64,000 nt of DNA from an uncultured Planctomycetaceae bacterium (GCA_963803815.1 CAWDOB010000003.1:2215511-2279510), one strand, 5' to 3'; numbered from the stretch's first letter, positions 27,638-40,296 are shown. Translations and numbers: made by a program. Notes: generated from the sequence alone by a model not told the origin.

Positions 27638-28250
27638 TCACATTTCCGCGAGGACCTCCGCCTTTTTCGCGTCGAACTCGTGCTGTTCGATCAGCCCCGC
27701 GTCCAGCATTTTCTTCAACGAGGCCAGTTTTTCCACCGGATCGACCGCCGCCGCCGCCGCGACTGGGAGAGGAGCGGCCGCGGCGGGCGGGGGGGCGAAG
27801 TTGATCCCGCCGGCGGAGGCCCGTCTCGCTTCAAGTTCTTTTTGACGCCGCACCTCGCGAGCGTTCTCTTCATGACGCTGGCAGATTGAATACAGCTTTT
27901 TCGCTTGAACTTTCGGCAGGTACTCGACCTTATGAATCGCTCCGCCGGCCGTCTGGAAGGAGAGGGTCGAGAACATCATCCCCTGGTTCAACTTGGCATT
28001 GAACAGATCTTCCCAGAGATAATCGTCAAACGACATCCGGCCGAGCATTTTCTGCCGCACGACCATGAACCGTCGGTTCGTCGCTACCGCACAGTCCGGG
28101 GACTGGAATCCGGGAAGGTGCTTAGCGACCGCCATGTAAACGATCTGCTCCGAGTCAGTCGTGATCTCGGCGACCTGACCGTACGCCTACTCCAAGACCG
28201 ACGGGTCCTGTCCCTCGCCGAGGAACGAAGCGTAAGGCGCCTCGGCTCAC
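27638..28250 (-). pseudogene. PH-domain/SHOCT protein with in-frame TAG near the 5' end
   Basis: Frame reads FLGEGQDPSVLE*AYGQVAEITTDSEQIVYMAV...YLPKVQAKKLY... and ends in SHOCT LKKMLDAGLIEQHEFDAKKAEVL. TAG at 28187-28189. Confidence 0.6.
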
Positions 28251-28333
28251 TCCTGCAAGACGCGCGGCCTCTGCGGCCGATGACGACGGATCATCACCCG
28301 CCCCCACAGGTGGTGTCAACGATGCCGGATCGC

Positions 28334-29098
28334 TTACTGCCGCCCCGCCAACGCCGCCAAGGCGGCGGCGGCGGCGGCTTGTTCGGCGGCTTTTTTGGTG
28401 GGGCCGGCGCCGGGGGGGTGCCGCACGCCGGCGATCACCGCCCGCATCGTGAACGTCTTGGCGTGGTCGGGGCCTTCCACCGACAGCGTTTCGTAGCTGG
28501 GCGGGCCGTGGCCGGCGGTTTGCGTGCGGTGTTGCAAACGGCTTTTATAGTTCACCCCGTCGGCGCCCCGTCGCACCTCGGGGGCGCCGCCGGAGGGCGG
28601 CGCCGCGGCGGGGGCGAGCGCCGGCGGATCGGCCGCGGCGGCGTCCAGCAGGCGGTTCACGCAGGCCCGCGCCGCCTCCCACCCGCCGTCTAAATACACC
28701 CCCGCGATCACCGCCTCCACCGCGTTGCTCAGCACGCTCCGCGGCACCCGGCCCGGGCGGCCGGTCGCCCGCTGCGCCCCCGCGAGCCCCTTGCCGGTGC
28801 GGATCAACGGTTCCAGGTTCAACCGATCCGCCAACGTCGCACAATGCCGACGGGAGACGAGGCCGCTTTTGAGCTTCGTCAATTCCCCCTCGGCCAGATC
28901 CGTGCGGGCGGCGAACAACCGTTCGCACACCGCCGCCCCGAGGATCGCGTCGCCCAGAAACTCCAAGCGTTCGTTGGACTCCAACGGCGTCCGGGCGATC
29001 GACGAATGCGTCAAACAACGCCGCAACAGCGCCCGATCCGCAAACGTGTGGCCGAGCGCCGCTTCGAGCGCGGCGGTGTCCGGTTCGTCAGGCGCCAT
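28334..29098 (-). CDS. rnc: Ribonuclease III
   Basis: NERLEFLGDA signature, EAVIAGVYLDGG, dsRBD NYKSRLQ...GPDH...KKAAEQ. Confidence 0.97.
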   Translation of the reverse strand: MAPDEPDTAALEAALGHTFADRALLRRCLTHSSIARTPLESNERLEFLGDAILGAAVCERLFAARTDLAEGELTKLKSGLVSRRHCATLADRLNLEPLIRTGKGLAGAQRATGRPGRVPRSVLSNAVEAVIAGVYLDGGWEAARACVNRLLDAAAADPPALAPAAAPPSGGAPEVRRGADGVNYKSRLQHRTQTAGHGPPSYETLSVEGPDHAKTFTMRAVIAGVRHPPGAGPTKKAAEQAAAAAALAALAGRQ

Positions 29099-29192
29099 GC
29101 GGGGGGTTCAGGCGGATGGGAAGAGAAGGTTGGGGGTCGCTGAAACGGGGATCGTGGGAAGCGAACCGCGGGCGACCCGGTCGGCGCGTCGC

Positions 29193-29228
29193 CTGTCGTC
29201 AGCGGACTGTCGTCAGCGGACTGTCGTC
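29193..29228. repeat. 14-bp tandem repeat CTGTCGTCAGCGGA x2.6 in rnc/lpxK divergent region
   Basis: Seen directly. Confidence 0.8.
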
Positions 29229-29292
29229 GGGCCTCCCCGCCCGCCCGGAACCGCCGTTCCCCGCGGCGGCCCCGCGGGAGTATAGTCCGGCG

Positions 29293-30426
29293 GTGTTCGA
29301 AACCGCCTTCCTCAATCTCGTCGCCGGCCGCACACGGGGGCCGCTCGCGGCGGCGCTGCGGCTGGGTTTGCTGGGGGCGTCGCTGCCGTACGGGGCGGCG
29401 GTGCGGCTGCGCAACCGGGCGTTCGACCTGGGTTTGAAGCCGGTGCACGACGCCGGGGCGCCGGTGATTTCCGTGGGGAACCTGACCTGCGGCGGGACCG
29501 GCAAAACGCCGATCGTGGCGGATCTCTGCCTGCGATTGCGGGCGGCGGGCCGTCGGCCCGCGTCGCTCTCCCGGGGGTACAGGACGCCGCCGGGCGAGGC
29601 CGCGAACGACGAGATGCTGCTGCTCGACGCCCTGATGCCGGGCGTGCCGCAGGTTCAGAACCCGGACCGCGTCGCCGGGGCGCGGATCGCGATTCAGGAC
29701 CGCGGCGCGGATTGCCTGGTGCTGGACGACGGCTTCCAACACCGCCGGCTGGGCCGCGACTTGGACATCGTGCTGGTGGACGCCACGGCGCCGTTCGGCC
29801 CCGGCACGCTGCACCGGCTCTCGCGGCGCGGGCGGCTGCTGCCGGCCGGGTTGCTGCGGGAAAGTCGCTCGGCGCTGGAACGGCGGGCCGGGCTGATTCT
29901 GCTGACCCGCTGCGACGCGATCGCCGACGACGACCGGGCCGCCGTCCAATCCGCCCTCGCCGACCGCGCCCCGGGCGTGCCGGTGGTCTCCGTCGCGTTC
30001 GCCCCGACGGCGCTGATCGACGCGGCCGGGACCGTTCGCCCGCTGCACGGGGTGCGGGGGGCGAAGGTGGCGGCGTTCTGCGGCATCGGCAACCCGGCCG
30101 GCTTCCGGACGACGCTGGAACGGCTGGGGGCGGAGGTCGTGCTGTTCGAACGCCGGCCTGACCACCACGCCCACACCCCCGCGGACCTGCTGGGCGTCGC
30201 CCGCCGCGGCGCCGCGGCCGGGGCGACCCTGCTGCTGTGTACCGAGAAGGACCTCGTCAAGCTGCGCACCAAGGCGTTCGCCCGGTTCGAACCGCCCCTG
30301 CCGACGCACGCGGTACGAATCGCCGCGACCTACCCGCAGGGGGACCGGGCGCTGACGAAGGCGTTGAGCAACGCGGTGGGCGCCCCGGTCGGCGGGATGG
30401 TCCTCCCGACGCGACGGGCGGCGTGA
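29293..30426 (+). CDS. lpxK: Tetraacyldisaccharide 4'-kinase
   Basis: VISVGNLTCGGTGKTP, SRGY, LDDGFQH, LLPAGLLRE, GIGNP, PDHH and TEKD motifs. GTG start inferred. Confidence 0.95.
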   Translation: MFETAFLNLVAGRTRGPLAAALRLGLLGASLPYGAAVRLRNRAFDLGLKPVHDAGAPVISVGNLTCGGTGKTPIVADLCLRLRAAGRRPASLSRGYRTPPGEAANDEMLLLDALMPGVPQVQNPDRVAGARIAIQDRGADCLVLDDGFQHRRLGRDLDIVLVDATAPFGPGTLHRLSRRGRLLPAGLLRESRSALERRAGLILLTRCDAIADDDRAAVQSALADRAPGVPVVSVAFAPTALIDAAGTVRPLHGVRGAKVAAFCGIGNPAGFRTTLERLGAEVVLFERRPDHHAHTPADLLGVARRGAAAGATLLLCTEKDLVKLRTKAFARFEPPLPTHAVRIAATYPQGDRALTKALSNAVGAPVGGMVLPTRRAA

Positions 30427-30459
30427 TGAACCGGCGGCGTGATGAACCGGCGGCGTGAT
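30417..30459. repeat. 16-bp tandem repeat spanning lpxK stop
   Basis: GGCGGCGTGATGAACC x2.7. Confidence 0.8.
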
Positions 30460-30538
30460 TGACCGCGAACCCGCGGCGACCTATCGTGTCCGGCCCGAGC
30501 CGTCGGGACGCCGTTCACACGACGACCCGACGGCTTTC

Positions 30539-30612
30539 GGACGCGTAGATCAGTTGGTTAGATCGCCACGTTGACATCGTGGAGGTCGGCAGTTCGAGTC
30601 TGCCCGCGTCCA
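30539..30612 (+). tRNA. tRNA-Val (GAC), CCA not encoded
   Basis: Acceptor GGACGCG/CGCGTCC, D stem GATC/GATC, anticodon arm CCACG-TTGACAT-CGTGG, T arm GGCAG-TTCGAGT-CTGCC. Confidence 0.95.
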
Positions 30613-30624
30613 CTGACAGTTCCG

Positions 30625-30658
30625 CACGCCCCCGCCGGATCGACCGGCGGGGGCGTGT
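30625..30658. terminator. GC-rich hairpin between tRNA and convergent sulfatase
   Basis: CACGCCCCCGCCGG-ATCGA-CCGGCGGGGGCGTG; no long U-tract. Confidence 0.6.
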
Positions 30659-30683
30659 TGCGTGACGGCCGTCGGTTCGTCCG

Positions 30684-31848
30684 TCACTCCGCGATCGGCC
30701 AGCTGGATTGCGCCCGCTCCGCGACGGCGGGGTGGGCCGCGTCGGCGTCGCCGACCCGCTCACGCAGGGCGTCCAGCCGGCTGCGCAGGTCCCGGGCGAC
30801 GGAGGCGTAAGCCGGGTCTCCGACGACGTTCCGACGTTCCTCCGGGTCGGTTCGCAGGTCGTACAGTTCCCAGTACGGCTTCGTGGGGGTGGGCAGGGCG
30901 CCGCGGGCGTCGAGCGGGAGGCCGTAGAAGAACGCCAGCTTATAATCCGCCGTGCGGATCCCATAGTGGGCCGGCACGTCGTGGTGCGTCATGTGCATCC
31001 AGTAGCGATAATACGCCGCCTCCGGTCGCTCGCCGGTCTGTCCCGGCGCCGGTTCTCCCCGTGACGACGTGCCCCGCAACAGGGGGACGAAACTGGTTCC
31101 GTCCATGTATTCCGGCGTCTCGACCCCGGCGAGGGCCAGCAGCGTGGGGGCGTAATCGACGTTGCCGACGAATGCGTCCACCGTCGCCCCCGGGGCGGGC
31201 GCGGCCGGCCACGTCGCCCGCACGGACTCCGGCAGCCGGACCATCAGCGGGATCCGCATCGATTCCTCATAGATCCAGCGCTTGTCGATCAGGTCGTGTT
31301 CGCCCAGCATAAATCCCTGGTCGGACGTGTACAGGATGATCGTGTTCTCCAGTTCGCCGGTCTCGCGAAGCTGGGCGAGCAGTCGGGCGAAGTCGTCGTC
31401 GACGCCGCGGACGGTGCGAAGATATTTCGTCAGGTAACGGCGGTAAGACTCGCCGGTATAGTCGTCGGCGGGCAGCGTCGGGTCGACGAACAGATGCATT
31501 CCCATGTTCCGCCGCACGTTCCGCGGACCGACGGAGGCGCCGTACCGGGCATGATTCAACGGCCCGAACCGGTCGCGGGTTCGCAGGGAGGCGGGTTCGG
31601 GGATCACGGCGCCTTTATAGAGGAAGTCGTATCGCTCCACGTTTTGGAAGTTGTCGTGCGGGGCTTTGAAGTGGTGCATGAGAAAGAACGGCCGGTCGGC
31701 GTTTTTGCCGGATCGACGGTTCCGCGTCGTCCGACATCACGAACAGGACGTTGGGCCGCCGGGGCTCGACCCCAGCCGCCGCCGCCGTGGCTCCCGCGGT
31801 CAGCAGTGTGATGAGGTGAAGGAAGAGGCGTCGACCGACGAAGGGCAT
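30684..31848 (-). pseudogene. Sulfatase with internal deletion removing the catalytic region
   Basis: Signal peptide plus RPNVLFVMSDD joins out of frame to ...DRPFFLMHHFKAPH. The C-terminal half is intact (YTSDQG, DKRWIYEES, ELYDL..DP.E). No CxPxR motif is present. Confidence 0.8.
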
Positions 31849-32151
31849 GGGTGGGACGGGCGGACGAGGGCGTGAGGCGGCGGGCGAACGCCGCCAACCT
31901 ACCGCAACGCCCCCGCCGGCGCGAACAGCCCCCGCCCCCGGGCCGTCGACCGCTCTCTATTCTCGCAGCGCTGCCCGCGGGGTGCGCAACGTGCTCTACA
32001 ATAGTCTCGAATGAGCGGGAAATGTGCGTTTTCTCTCCCTCAAACCGGAGCCGCCCGCTGGGCGGGCGCCGCGGACGCGGGCAATAATTGCTCCGGTTCG
32101 ACCATCCGCACCAAGCGGATCCCTCCCCTTCTCTCCTCACAGGGTCCTGTC

Positions 32152-33185
32152 GTGAAACGACTTTCTCCGACGTCCCCGTCCGCCGCCGGGCCGGGTTCAC
32201 GCTCATCGAGCTGCTGGTGGTCATCGCGATCATCGCGATTTTAGTGAGCCTGCTTCTACCCGCTGTGCAGCAGGCCCGCGAAGCGGCCAGGAAGGCGCAG
32301 TGTCAAAACAACCTCAAGCAACTCGGCCTGGCGCTGCACAACTACCACAGCACCCATAAAATGTTCCCCGGGAACGTCGAGCAGAACGCGTCCAATCAGA
32401 AGGGGGCGTCCTGGATCGCGCAGCTCCTGCCGTACCTGGATCAGACGGCGGCGTACGACCAATTGACGTTCGCGGATACCACGTTCGTCGCCCAGGACGA
32501 CCAGCCGGACAGGAACTGGGAGGTCCGCTCCAGGTTGCGGATCTCGGGGTTGAGGTGTCCGTCGAGTTCGCTGGACGAAGAAATTACCGTGACCAATCAA
32601 CCTGCCACCGTCGCCCTCGGCGCCCCGGCGACGATGCTCGTCCAACCGTCGGACTACGTCGGGATCAGCGGCGGGTACTACCTGCCCGGCACCACCACGA
32701 TCCCGCCGGGGTCGACTTCGACGGGTCATGGGTACAACGCTTACAACGGCTCGCTTATCCCCTGGAACGGGGCGAATAAGAAGGTGTCGATCGCCAAGTT
32801 CCGGGACGGCACCACCAATACGCTCGCCGTCGCGGAGCACTCCGACTTCCTCGTGGATGCGGCCGGTAATAAACGAGACCGTCGGCCGTGCACCCACGCC
32901 GCCTCCGGCGCCTTGGGGAACGGGACCGGGTGGAACGGCGGAGGCGGATGGACCCAGAACCTCACGGCGCCGCGGTTCGCGATCAACCACATCGGCGGCA
33001 CGACGGGCGCCGTCGACTCTCAGCCTTTTGAAAGTCACACGGGCATCCGATCCGCGCACCCCGGCGGGGCCCAGTCGGCGCTGGCGGACGGGTCGGTCCA
33101 GTTCCTGTCGGAGAATATGGACGTCGGCACCACCCTGATGGCCCTCTGCAACCGGGACGACGGCGAGGTCATCGAAGACTTCTAA
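32152..33185 (+). CDS. DUF1559 prepilin-type N-terminal cleavage/methylation domain protein (start possibly frameshifted)
   Basis: [49 protein letters not shown]...DGSV. The likely GTG at 32152 is out of frame. Confidence 0.92.
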
Positions 33186-33211
33186 CCCGCCCCGCGACGA
33201 TCGATCTTTCC

Positions 33212-33240
33212 GGAGGCCGCGTCCCACCGACGCGGCCTCC
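33212..33240. terminator. Intergenic hairpin
   Basis: GGAGGCCGCGTC-CCACC-GACGCGGCCTCC. Confidence 0.5.
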
Positions 33241-33285
33241 CCGCGTACCTCCTCGCTTCCCCCGTTCAACGATTCAGACCTCCCC

Positions 33286-33702
33286 ATGCTTCGACGAGCT
33301 TATACCCTCGGTCTCTTGCCCCTCGCGATCACCTGGGCGTGCGGCTGCGGCGGGCCGTCCAACGCCCCGGATCTGGGGGAGGTGACGGGCACGGTGACCG
33401 ACGGCGGCGCCCCGGTGGTCGACGCGTCCGTCGAGTTTAGTCCGGAACAGGGCCGCCCGTCGGTGGGCACGACCGACGCCGAGGGACGCTACACCCTGCG
33501 TTACACCGTCGACGCGGGCGGGGCGAAGATCGGCGTGCACACGGTTCGCATCACCCCCTACAGCGAGCCCCCGCCCCCGCCGGGCTCCGGCAACGCCGCG
33601 GCGGCCCCGCCGCCGGCGAAGCCGATCGCCATCCCGGACCCGGTCACCGTCGCGTCCGGCGAGAACGTGTTTGACTTCAAGCTCGACCAGCTGGGTTCAT
33701 AA
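33286..33702 (+). CDS. Carboxypeptidase-regulatory-like domain lipoprotein (DUF1559 companion)
   Basis: Lipobox-like ACGCG, VTGTVT.GG.P, G.TDAEGRYTL, GA..G.H.V.I, G.N.FDF.L. Confidence 0.8.
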   Translation: MLRRAYTLGLLPLAITWACGCGGPSNAPDLGEVTGTVTDGGAPVVDASVEFSPEQGRPSVGTTDAEGRYTLRYTVDAGGAKIGVHTVRITPYSEPPPPPGSGNAAAAPPPAKPIAIPDPVTVASGENVFDFKLDQLGS

Positions 33703-34054
33703 CTGGTCGGGCTCGTGACTGGGCAGGCTCGTGACGCCGTGCGCGAGCGGTCGGACCGGGCGCAAACGGCCGGCGATCGACAGGCCGCTTTCGCTCGCTG
33801 CCCGTTCATCTTGCACGGCTGCCGCCATGACGGGCGACGCGTCCGTTTTAAGGACCAAACCGCTCGTTCTTCTGATCAATCTTCCCGCCGGGGGACGACC
33901 GCCTCCTTGTCCCGCCGGATCGGCCCGCGAACACTACTAATGCGGAAATAAGGGTGCGTGACGTCCTCGGTCCGCCCCCGCCCGCCGACCCGCTCCGCCG
34001 CCTCGGTTTGGGTTTCCCCCCGTCTCCTTCCTCAACGACTGCGCCTGCTCCCCG

Positions 34055-35122
<1,068 letters not shown>

Positions 35123-35237
35123 TCTCCCCCCGACGGCCGTCGAAGGTCGCCGGGGGATGTCTTCAGCCCCCCCGGCGGGCCCTCGACGACGTCGGTCCGC
35201 GGGCCCGCCCCCATCTCACTCCTGTCGCTTTCTTTCC

Positions 35238-35411
35238 ATGCGAAGCCGCACTTTCACCTTTCTGCTCTGCGCCGTCTGCTTGGCGGCGACCGGGTTCTCG
35301 GCCGTCGGCTGCGGCCCCGAGGCCGGCGTCACGCTGCCGGACCCGGAGACGCTCCCGCCCCAGGACCCCACGCCGATCCCCGAACCGGCCCCCGACGTCG
35401 ATTCCGAATGA
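35238..35411 (+). CDS. Small putative lipoprotein
   Basis: Signal with AVGC lipobox followed by a Pro/acidic tail; follows DUF1559. Confidence 0.55.
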   Translation: MRSRTFTFLLCAVCLAATGFSAVGCGPEAGVTLPDPETLPPQDPTPIPEPAPDVDSE

Positions 35412-35435
35412 GCGGGGTCGGCGCCGGCCGGAAGG

Positions 35436-35490
35436 TTCGCCGCCGCTGTCGGGCGATGCGGTCCCCGCGCCGCCCGACAGCGGCGGCGAA
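35436..35490. terminator. 20-bp perfect stem between convergent genes
   Basis: TTCGCCGCCGCTGTCGGGCG ... CGCCCGACAGCGGCGGCGAA. Confidence 0.65.
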
Positions 35491-35532
35491 TCGCTAGACC
35501 TGCGTATAAACTGCCCTGAAGCCGGCGCCTGC

Positions 35533-36983
35533 TCACGCCAACGCTTCGGTCACCACGCGGGCGGGTTTGACGCCGGTCAGCTTTTGATTCAGGCCGCGGA
35601 ACGGGACGGAGAGCGCACGGTGATCGAACCCTAAACAGCGCTGCACCGTGGCGTGCAAGTCGCGAAGGGGACGGGCGTGTCGGCGGGCAGATAGCCTAAT
35701 TCATCCGTGGCCCCGACCGTCGCGCCCGGTTTGATCCCCCCGCCGGCCATCCACCAGGTGAACGCCCGGGGGTTATGATCGCGGCCGACCATCGCCATCG
35801 TGGCCCCGCCGCGGTTCTCCCGCATCGGGGTGCGGCCGAACTCCCCGCCCCACACGACCAACGTGTCCTCCAATAATCCGCGGCGTTTTAGATCCGCCAG
35901 CAGGGCGGCGATCGGTTGGTCGGTCTGCCGGCATTTGGTTTTGAAGCCGTGATTGAGGGCTTCGTTCTTGCCGGCGCCGTGGCTGTCCCAGCCCCAGTCG
36001 AAGAGTTGGATATACCGCACGCCGCGCTCCGCGAGGCGCCGGGCGAGCAAACAATTATTCGCGAAGCTGGCCCCGTCGGTGGTGCCGTAGAGTTGGTGCG
36101 TCTCCTCCGTTTCGCCGGATAAATTGGTGGCCTCGGGCACGGCGGCCTGCATCCGATAGGCGAGTTCGTACTGCTGAATCCGGGTGAGGGTCGCCGGGTC
36201 GCCGTACTCCTCGTGGGCCGATTCGTTCAGCGTGCGTAGCGTATCGAGGGCGGTCCGGCGGGCGACGCGGGAGACGCCGGCGGGGTTGTCGACGTTCAAG
36301 ATCGCCGGCCCGGCGCCGCGGCATTGCACGCCCTGATACACGCCCGGCAGGAACCCGGCCCCCCAGAGCGCGTTCCCCGCCCGCGGCGGGCGGCCGCCGG
36401 ACAGCAGCACCATGAACCCGGGCAGATTCTCGTTTTCCGCGCCCAGCCCCCAGGTGGCCCAGGCGCCGGCGCTGGGCTTGCCCATCCGGGCGTCGCCGGT
36501 GTGCACCATCAATTGAGCCGGCCCATGATTAAACTGGTCCGACTGCACCGTTTTGAACATGCAGACCTCGTCCGCCGGCACGCCGTAGCCGGGCACGGCG
36601 CCCGCGAAGTGGGGGAGGCGGTCCGAGACCAGGTGCCCCGCTTCGCCCCGCCGTTCAAACGGAAATTGCGGGCCAAGTAATTGCGGCGTGCCCTGAATAA
36701 AGGCGAATCGCTGCCCGTCCAGATAGCTCTGCGGGCAGTCCTTGCCGTCGTACTCGGCGAGGACGGGCTTATCATCGAACAGTTCTAATTGGCTCGGCGC
36801 CCCGACCATGTGCAGGTGAATCACCCGCTTCGCGGTCGGCATGTGGTGGGGGCCGATCAAACCGACGGCCGCGTCGCTCGCGGCGGCGGTCTGCTGCGCG
36901 AGCCAGGCGGCGCCGACGAGGCCCGCGGAGGCGTCCCGCAGGAAGTGGCGGCGGGTGACGTGGGCGAGGGCGGCGGGGTGCAT
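35533..36983 (-). CDS. DUF1501 family protein (Tat signal; frameshift near 35670)
   Basis: TRRHFL Tat motif, AKRVIHLHMVGAPSQLELFD, WDSH, GEFGRTP, GRDH. C-terminus RDLHAT...LTGV lies in a shifted frame. Confidence 0.9.
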
Positions 36984-37004
36984 GGGTCGGCTCGAATCTG
37001 TGTG

Positions 37005-37088
37005 ACCAACCCGACGCGTCAGCGAGGGCGGCGGCCGCGGGCCGACGTGCCGGGGCACGCCGAATCCCTCGCTGACGCGTCGGGTTAG
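37005..37088. repeat. REPIN-like inverted doublet, family A
   Basis: ACCAACCCGACGCGTCAGCGAGGG ... CCCTCGCTGACGCGTCGGGTTAG, inside the PSD1-DUF1501 operon. Confidence 0.9.
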
Positions 37089-39978
37089 TTGGTGAGGGCT
37101 TCGTCCAGGTTCAACAGGACCCCGGCGACGATCTCCGCCGGGGGCGGGCCGTCGGGGAGGGCGAGGAGATCGGTGTACAACTTCGTGAGGGCGGCTTGCT
37201 CCGCGGCGGTCGGTTCGCGGCCGCAAACACGCAGGAAGCCGGCACTCATTTGGGCGGCGGGGGCGTCGCCGGCAGCGATCATCCGGGCGGCGAGGGCGGC
37301 GGCGGCTTCGGTGAACGTCGTATCGTTCAGCGTCATCAACGCCTGCACGGGGGTGTTGCTGTCCGGCCGGCGGGCGGCGCAGAACTCCCGGCTGGGAGCG
37401 TCGAAACTCGCCATGATCGGGTGGGGAATACTGCGTTTGACGTACGTATACACGCTCCGCCGGGTGCGGTCCGGGTCGCCGACGGGGGGGGTCTGCCATT
37501 TGTCTCCGGCGAAGGGCTTCCAGACGCCGTCCGGGATCGGCGGCTGCACCGGCGGGCCGTGCAGACGCTCGGCGAGCAATCCGCCCACGAACAACGCCTG
37601 ATCCCGCAGCGCCTCCGCGCTCAACCGACGCCGCGGTCCCCGAGCCAGCAGGCGGTTGTCGGGGTCGACTTCTAAAGCCTCCGGCGTCGCGGCGGCGCTT
37701 TGGCGATAGGTCGCGCTCAACGCAATTTCCCGCAGCAACCGCTTCCGACTCCACCCGAAATCCTGTTGAAAGCGAACGGCCAAGTCGTCCAACAACGCCG
37801 GGTGCGAGGGCGGTTCCCCACTGCTGCCGAAGTCCTCCTCCGTCCGCACCAAACCGGCGCCGAACATCCGGGCCCACAGCCGATTCGCTTCCACGCGGGC
37901 GGTCAGCGGGTTGGCGTCGCTCGTCAGCCAGCGGGCCAAGGCGAGACGGTCGGCATTCCCGTCTTGAAGTGCCCCGTCTTGAAGTGCCCCGTCTTGAAGC
38001 GATCGCAGAGAACCCAGCGCCGCCGGCACGCCGGGGGTGACGAGTTCGGATTTGGACAGCATGTTCCCGCCCTCGAAGCGGTGCGTCGGCCGGGCGAGGT
38101 GCGGCTCCCGTTCCCGCATCACCGGCAGGGACACCGTCGCAATCGCCCGCCGATCGCCTTCCAGCCGCCGTAATTCGTTCCGGTCCGCCTTCATCGCCGG
38201 GTCGGACCAGAGTTGATGAATCCGCGGATCGGCGCTGACGTCCATCCGGCCCCGCCGGGCGACCAGGGGAAACGCGCCTAATTCAAGGACGTTGAATTTC
38301 AACGTGATCTTTAACGCCGTCCCGGGCACGACCGGCGCCGGCTCGCCCAGCACGAACGCGGCGGACCGCGGGCGGAACATCTTCGAATACGGCCCGACGC
38401 CGCTGCTCGACTTGGCGTTCAGGCTGTCCTTCGGGTTGCGGGCGGGCGTCGGCTCGTCAAAGAGAACCTCCGTGAACCGCAGCGGTTGGGGTTCCCCCGA
38501 CGCCGGGACTAATTGCGCGTCGAAGTGGGAGACGGTGAAGCCCCATTCCGCGTCTTTTAACGCCGCTTCGAGGTTCACCGGCAGTCCGGTGAAGCGGATC
38601 GCCGCCAGTCGTTCCAGATCGTCCGGCAGCGGGGCGGTCAGCGTGACGGCGGTTTTGCTGCCGACGGTGCCGAGCAGTCGATACGTCGGCCCCTCCGGCG
38701 TTCGTTCGACCTGCACGTCGGGGGTCCGAACGACCGCGGCGGTCAGCGTCGCCGGCGCCCGCCACGCGGACGGGTCTTCCAGCAGGGCGTTCTCCGCGCC
38801 CAGAGGCGGCGGCGGACGGTCTCGATCTGTGCGTCCAAGGCGGCGGCGCGGCCGTAATCCTCTCCATGTTGCGGCACCGACAATTGTGGATAGTCACTGG
38901 CGAGGTCGGCGTCGGCGGTGTCGTTAAAGAACGCCGCGGTGCGATAATATTCCGCGTGCCGAATCGGGTCGTAGGGATGCGAGTGGCACTGCACGCACTC
39001 CATCGTCAAGCCCTGCCAGACCTGCCAGGTGGTGGCGACGCGATCGAGAATCGCTTCGGTGCGAAACTGTTCGTCGTCCGTGCCGCCTTCCTCGTTGGAC
39101 TGCGTGAGGCGGTGGGCGGCGGAGGCGATCTGATGGGCGACCTCTTCCCCGGGCAATAAATCCCCGGCGAGTTGTTGCACGGTAAACCGATCGTACGGCA
39201 GGTCGCGGTTATAGGCGTCCACGACCCAGTCGCGGTACGGCCAGACGGTGCGGCGGTAGTCCTGACCCAGCCCGCGGCTGTCGGCGTAGCGGATCTGATC
39301 CAGCCAGACGCTCGCCCAGCGTTCGCCGAACCGCGGACTCGCCAGCAACCGATCGACCGCCGCGGCGTACGCCGGCTCGCCGGTCGTCTCGACCGCCTCC
39401 ATAAACAGCGCCCGCTCGGCAGGCGTGGGCGGCAGGCCGGTCAGGTCCAGCGACGCCCGCCGCAACCAGCGATCCGGCGCCGCCGGCGGGTTGGGGGCGA
39501 GGCCGGCGTCTTCCATCCGCTTCAAGACGAATCGGTCGATCGGTCCGCGCGCCCATTCGGCGTCGCGCACCGCCGGCGGGACGGGGCGCACCGGCGGGTC
39601 GAAGGACCAGTGCCGCTGCCACGCGGCGCCCTGCTCGATCCAGCGGGTGATCGTGGCGACCTCCGCCGCCGACAGTCGCGGGCCGTGCCCGGCGGGCGGC
39701 ATGCGGGTTTCGTCGTCCGTATCGACGACGCGATCCAGCAGGTAGGAATACTCCGGATCGCCGGGCGTCAACATCGCGGCGACGCTGTCTTCGTCGATCA
39801 GATTCAGCCCGCCGGCCTCCCGCACGCCGCCGTGGCAGGCCGAACAATGGGCGTTCAAAATCGGCCGCACGTCCCGGGCGAATTGAACCTCCGCGGCGGG
39901 GCTCTCCGTCTTGGGGCTCTCCTCCGCACCGCCCGCGGCTGGGATCAGCAGGGCGGCGAGGAGCAGCGGGGCGGGCAT
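37085..39978 (-). CDS. Planctomycete cytochrome c / DUF1549 / DUF1553 (PSD1) protein, split by frameshift near 38800
   Basis: CSACHG, HWSF, RRASLDLTGLPPT, CVQCHSHPYDP; NPLTARV, PSHPALLD, SATYRQ, NTPVQAL. Confidence 0.9.
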
Positions 39979-40296
39979 CGGCAGGACGCGTGGGGGAGGG
40001 AACGCCCCTCAGTTTACCCATGTGCCAGGGCGTCGGCACCCGGCTGGTTCTCCCCCCGACGCAACGGCGACGCCGTCGTCCACCGATCGCCCCAAGCCGG
40101 CGGCGGTCCGCAGGAGGGCGGTGGTCGTCGGTCGGTCCCGGTGGTCGCGGGACGTTCGGGCTCCGCGGGGCGGCGGACGGTCCGGGAGCGGGAACACGTT
40201 GCAGCAACCTTCGTGCCCGGACCGGCATCTCGTTTGCGTGGTCAGTCCGGCGCCTCGCCTCGCTCCTCCCCGCTCTTTTGCCAAACGCTTCCCCCA

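Noticed and set aside
28187-28189. Pyrrolysine or stop-codon recoding
   Set aside because: This is a single instance, TAG ends other genes here, and no pyl genes are seen.
35631-37877. 748-aa ORF as a single protein (likewise the upstream extensions of guaB, rsmA and the 39172 ORF)
   Set aside because: The extensions run through REPINs or neighbouring genes; recognisable family sequence starts at internal ATGs.
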